Virus record (IMG/VR): IMGVR_UViG_3300030101_004515
Coordinates: 1 to 57,865 of that record
Source: a virus
Lineage: Duplodnaviria > Caudoviricetes
Strand: one strand, 5' to 3'
DNA length: 57,865 bases
The notes beneath the pieces are model-generated. The model was not told the origin of the DNA. It did no database searches and was given only the letters and a program-made list of their open reading frames with translations. The position numbers and the translations under genes were made by a program. Of this stretch, positions 56,998-57,865 are shown piece after piece; within the stretch, counting starts at the first letter, position 1, and every line of letters begins with the position of its first letter.

Positions 56998-57865
56998 AAT
57001 CTCTTACATTTGAAATTATACAATCTGCAGATATAATTGTTGTAGCCACGCTAACTGCATTTACCAATGCTTTCTTAGTTACCATTACCGGATCTATAAT
57101 ACCGGCCTTTATCATATTTACCTCTTTTCCCGTTATAACATTTATACCGTGTCCTTTTTTACGTGTGTCATTAAAGTCTATGGGATTTACGGTATTATGT
57201 TCTATTCCGGCGTTTTTTAATATCGTACTATAAGGAGATTCAACCGCTTTTAATAATATTAGCTCGGCTTCGGTATCCATCTTTACTTTTTGACTTGCGT
57301 CTAATAAAGCTATTCCTCCACCCGGCACTATGCCTTCTTTAATTGCGGCTTTAACCGCATAGATAGCGTCTTCAACTCTATCCTTTTTTTCTTTTAACTC
57401 GATTTTACTATTTGCGCCAACTTTCAGTATTGCTACAGCGCCAGATAACATGGCCAGTCTTTGTTCGAGCTTGGATTTTATAAACGGGTTTTTCTCCGTT
57501 TTAATTTTTTTATTTACTAGGTCTATTCTTTCTTTTGCTTCATCTGGCATTTTATCTATAGTAATTACCGTTGATGTTGCATCTGTTACTGCTTTTTCAG
57601 CTTGACCTAAAACATCGGGATTGATTAAATCTAAATCGTCTCCCAATTCTTCATTGATAACTTTCGCTCCGGTTATTGTGGCTAGATCCTGCATCGTATC
57701 CATTTTGGTAGCCCCAAAACCAGGTGTATCAATAATGTTCACTTTAATGTTACCTTTTACCTTGTTCATTAAAAGTGCAGCCATCGGTTGCTGATCCATG
57801 CCGGCCACAATCAAAAGACTGCGCTTTTCCCTGATAACATGCTCAAGTACACTTTGTATTTTTCT
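56981..57865 (-). CDS. groEL: chaperonin GroEL (5' truncated by the window edge)
   Basis: PGFG, LEQRLAMLSGAVAILKVGA, ELKEKKDRVEDA, EGIVPGGG, GIIDP..VTK.AL.NAVSVA; frame stays open to the window end. Confidence 0.95.
   Translation of the reverse strand, partial: RKIQSVLEHVIREKRSLLIVAGMDQQPMAALLMNKVKGNIKVNIIDTPGFGATKMDTMQDLATITGAKVINEELGDDLDLINPDVLGQAEKAVTDATSTVITIDKMPDEAKERIDLVNKKIKTEKNPFIKSKLEQRLAMLSGAVAILKVGANSKIELKEKKDRVEDAIYAVKAAIKEGIVPGGGIALLDASQKVKMDTEAELILLKAVESPYSTILKNAGIEHNTVNPIDFNDTRKKGHGINVITGKEVNMIKAGIIDPVMVTKKALVNAVSVATTIISADCIISNVRDYEGNQ

Noticed and set aside
1-57865. Genome-wide stop-codon reassignment as in some crAss-like phages
   Set aside because: Long genes are intact under the standard code; TAA, TAG and TGA all end genes; no suppressor tRNA seen

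Overview
This window is a 57.9-kb segment of an AT-rich tailed dsDNA phage with podovirus-type organisation. The host is probably a marine Bacteroidota/Flavobacteriia species (inference from the lack of Shine-Dalgarno motifs, an A-rich start context and a lipoprotein with a C-x-K-E-E-D signal). The + strand arm (1-12771) carries early and replication genes: small host-takeover ORFs, an initiator tRNA abutting a KTSC gene, an HTH protein, a sigma70-like factor, an annealing protein/exonuclease/SSB trio, a primase-helicase, Vsr, a thymidylate-synthase homologue, two MazG-like pyrophosphatases, an endonuclease, a DnaA domain-IV protein and a 2OG-Fe(II) oxygenase. The converging - strand arm (12772-57865) carries the endolysin, ejection proteins, tail, capsid, scaffold, portal, terminase, fibres, holin, a cluster of tiny basic proteins and GroES/GroEL. 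No DNA polymerase, integrase or DNA methyltransferase was recognised in the window. The top candidate for a new system is the ThyA homologue: it has Asp at the Asn177 specificity position (GVPYD) and Tyr at His147, which predicts dCMP rather than dUMP methylation. It sits between an orphan Vsr T:G endonuclease and MazG-type dNTPases, suggesting a methyltransferase-independent 5-methylcytosine DNA pathway with its own deamination repair. Other highlights are a five-copy exactly spaced promoter-like motif, an Ocr-like early protein, a tRNA-fMet/KTSC junction and two long overprinted ORFs. All protein assignments come from motif recognition, not database searches.
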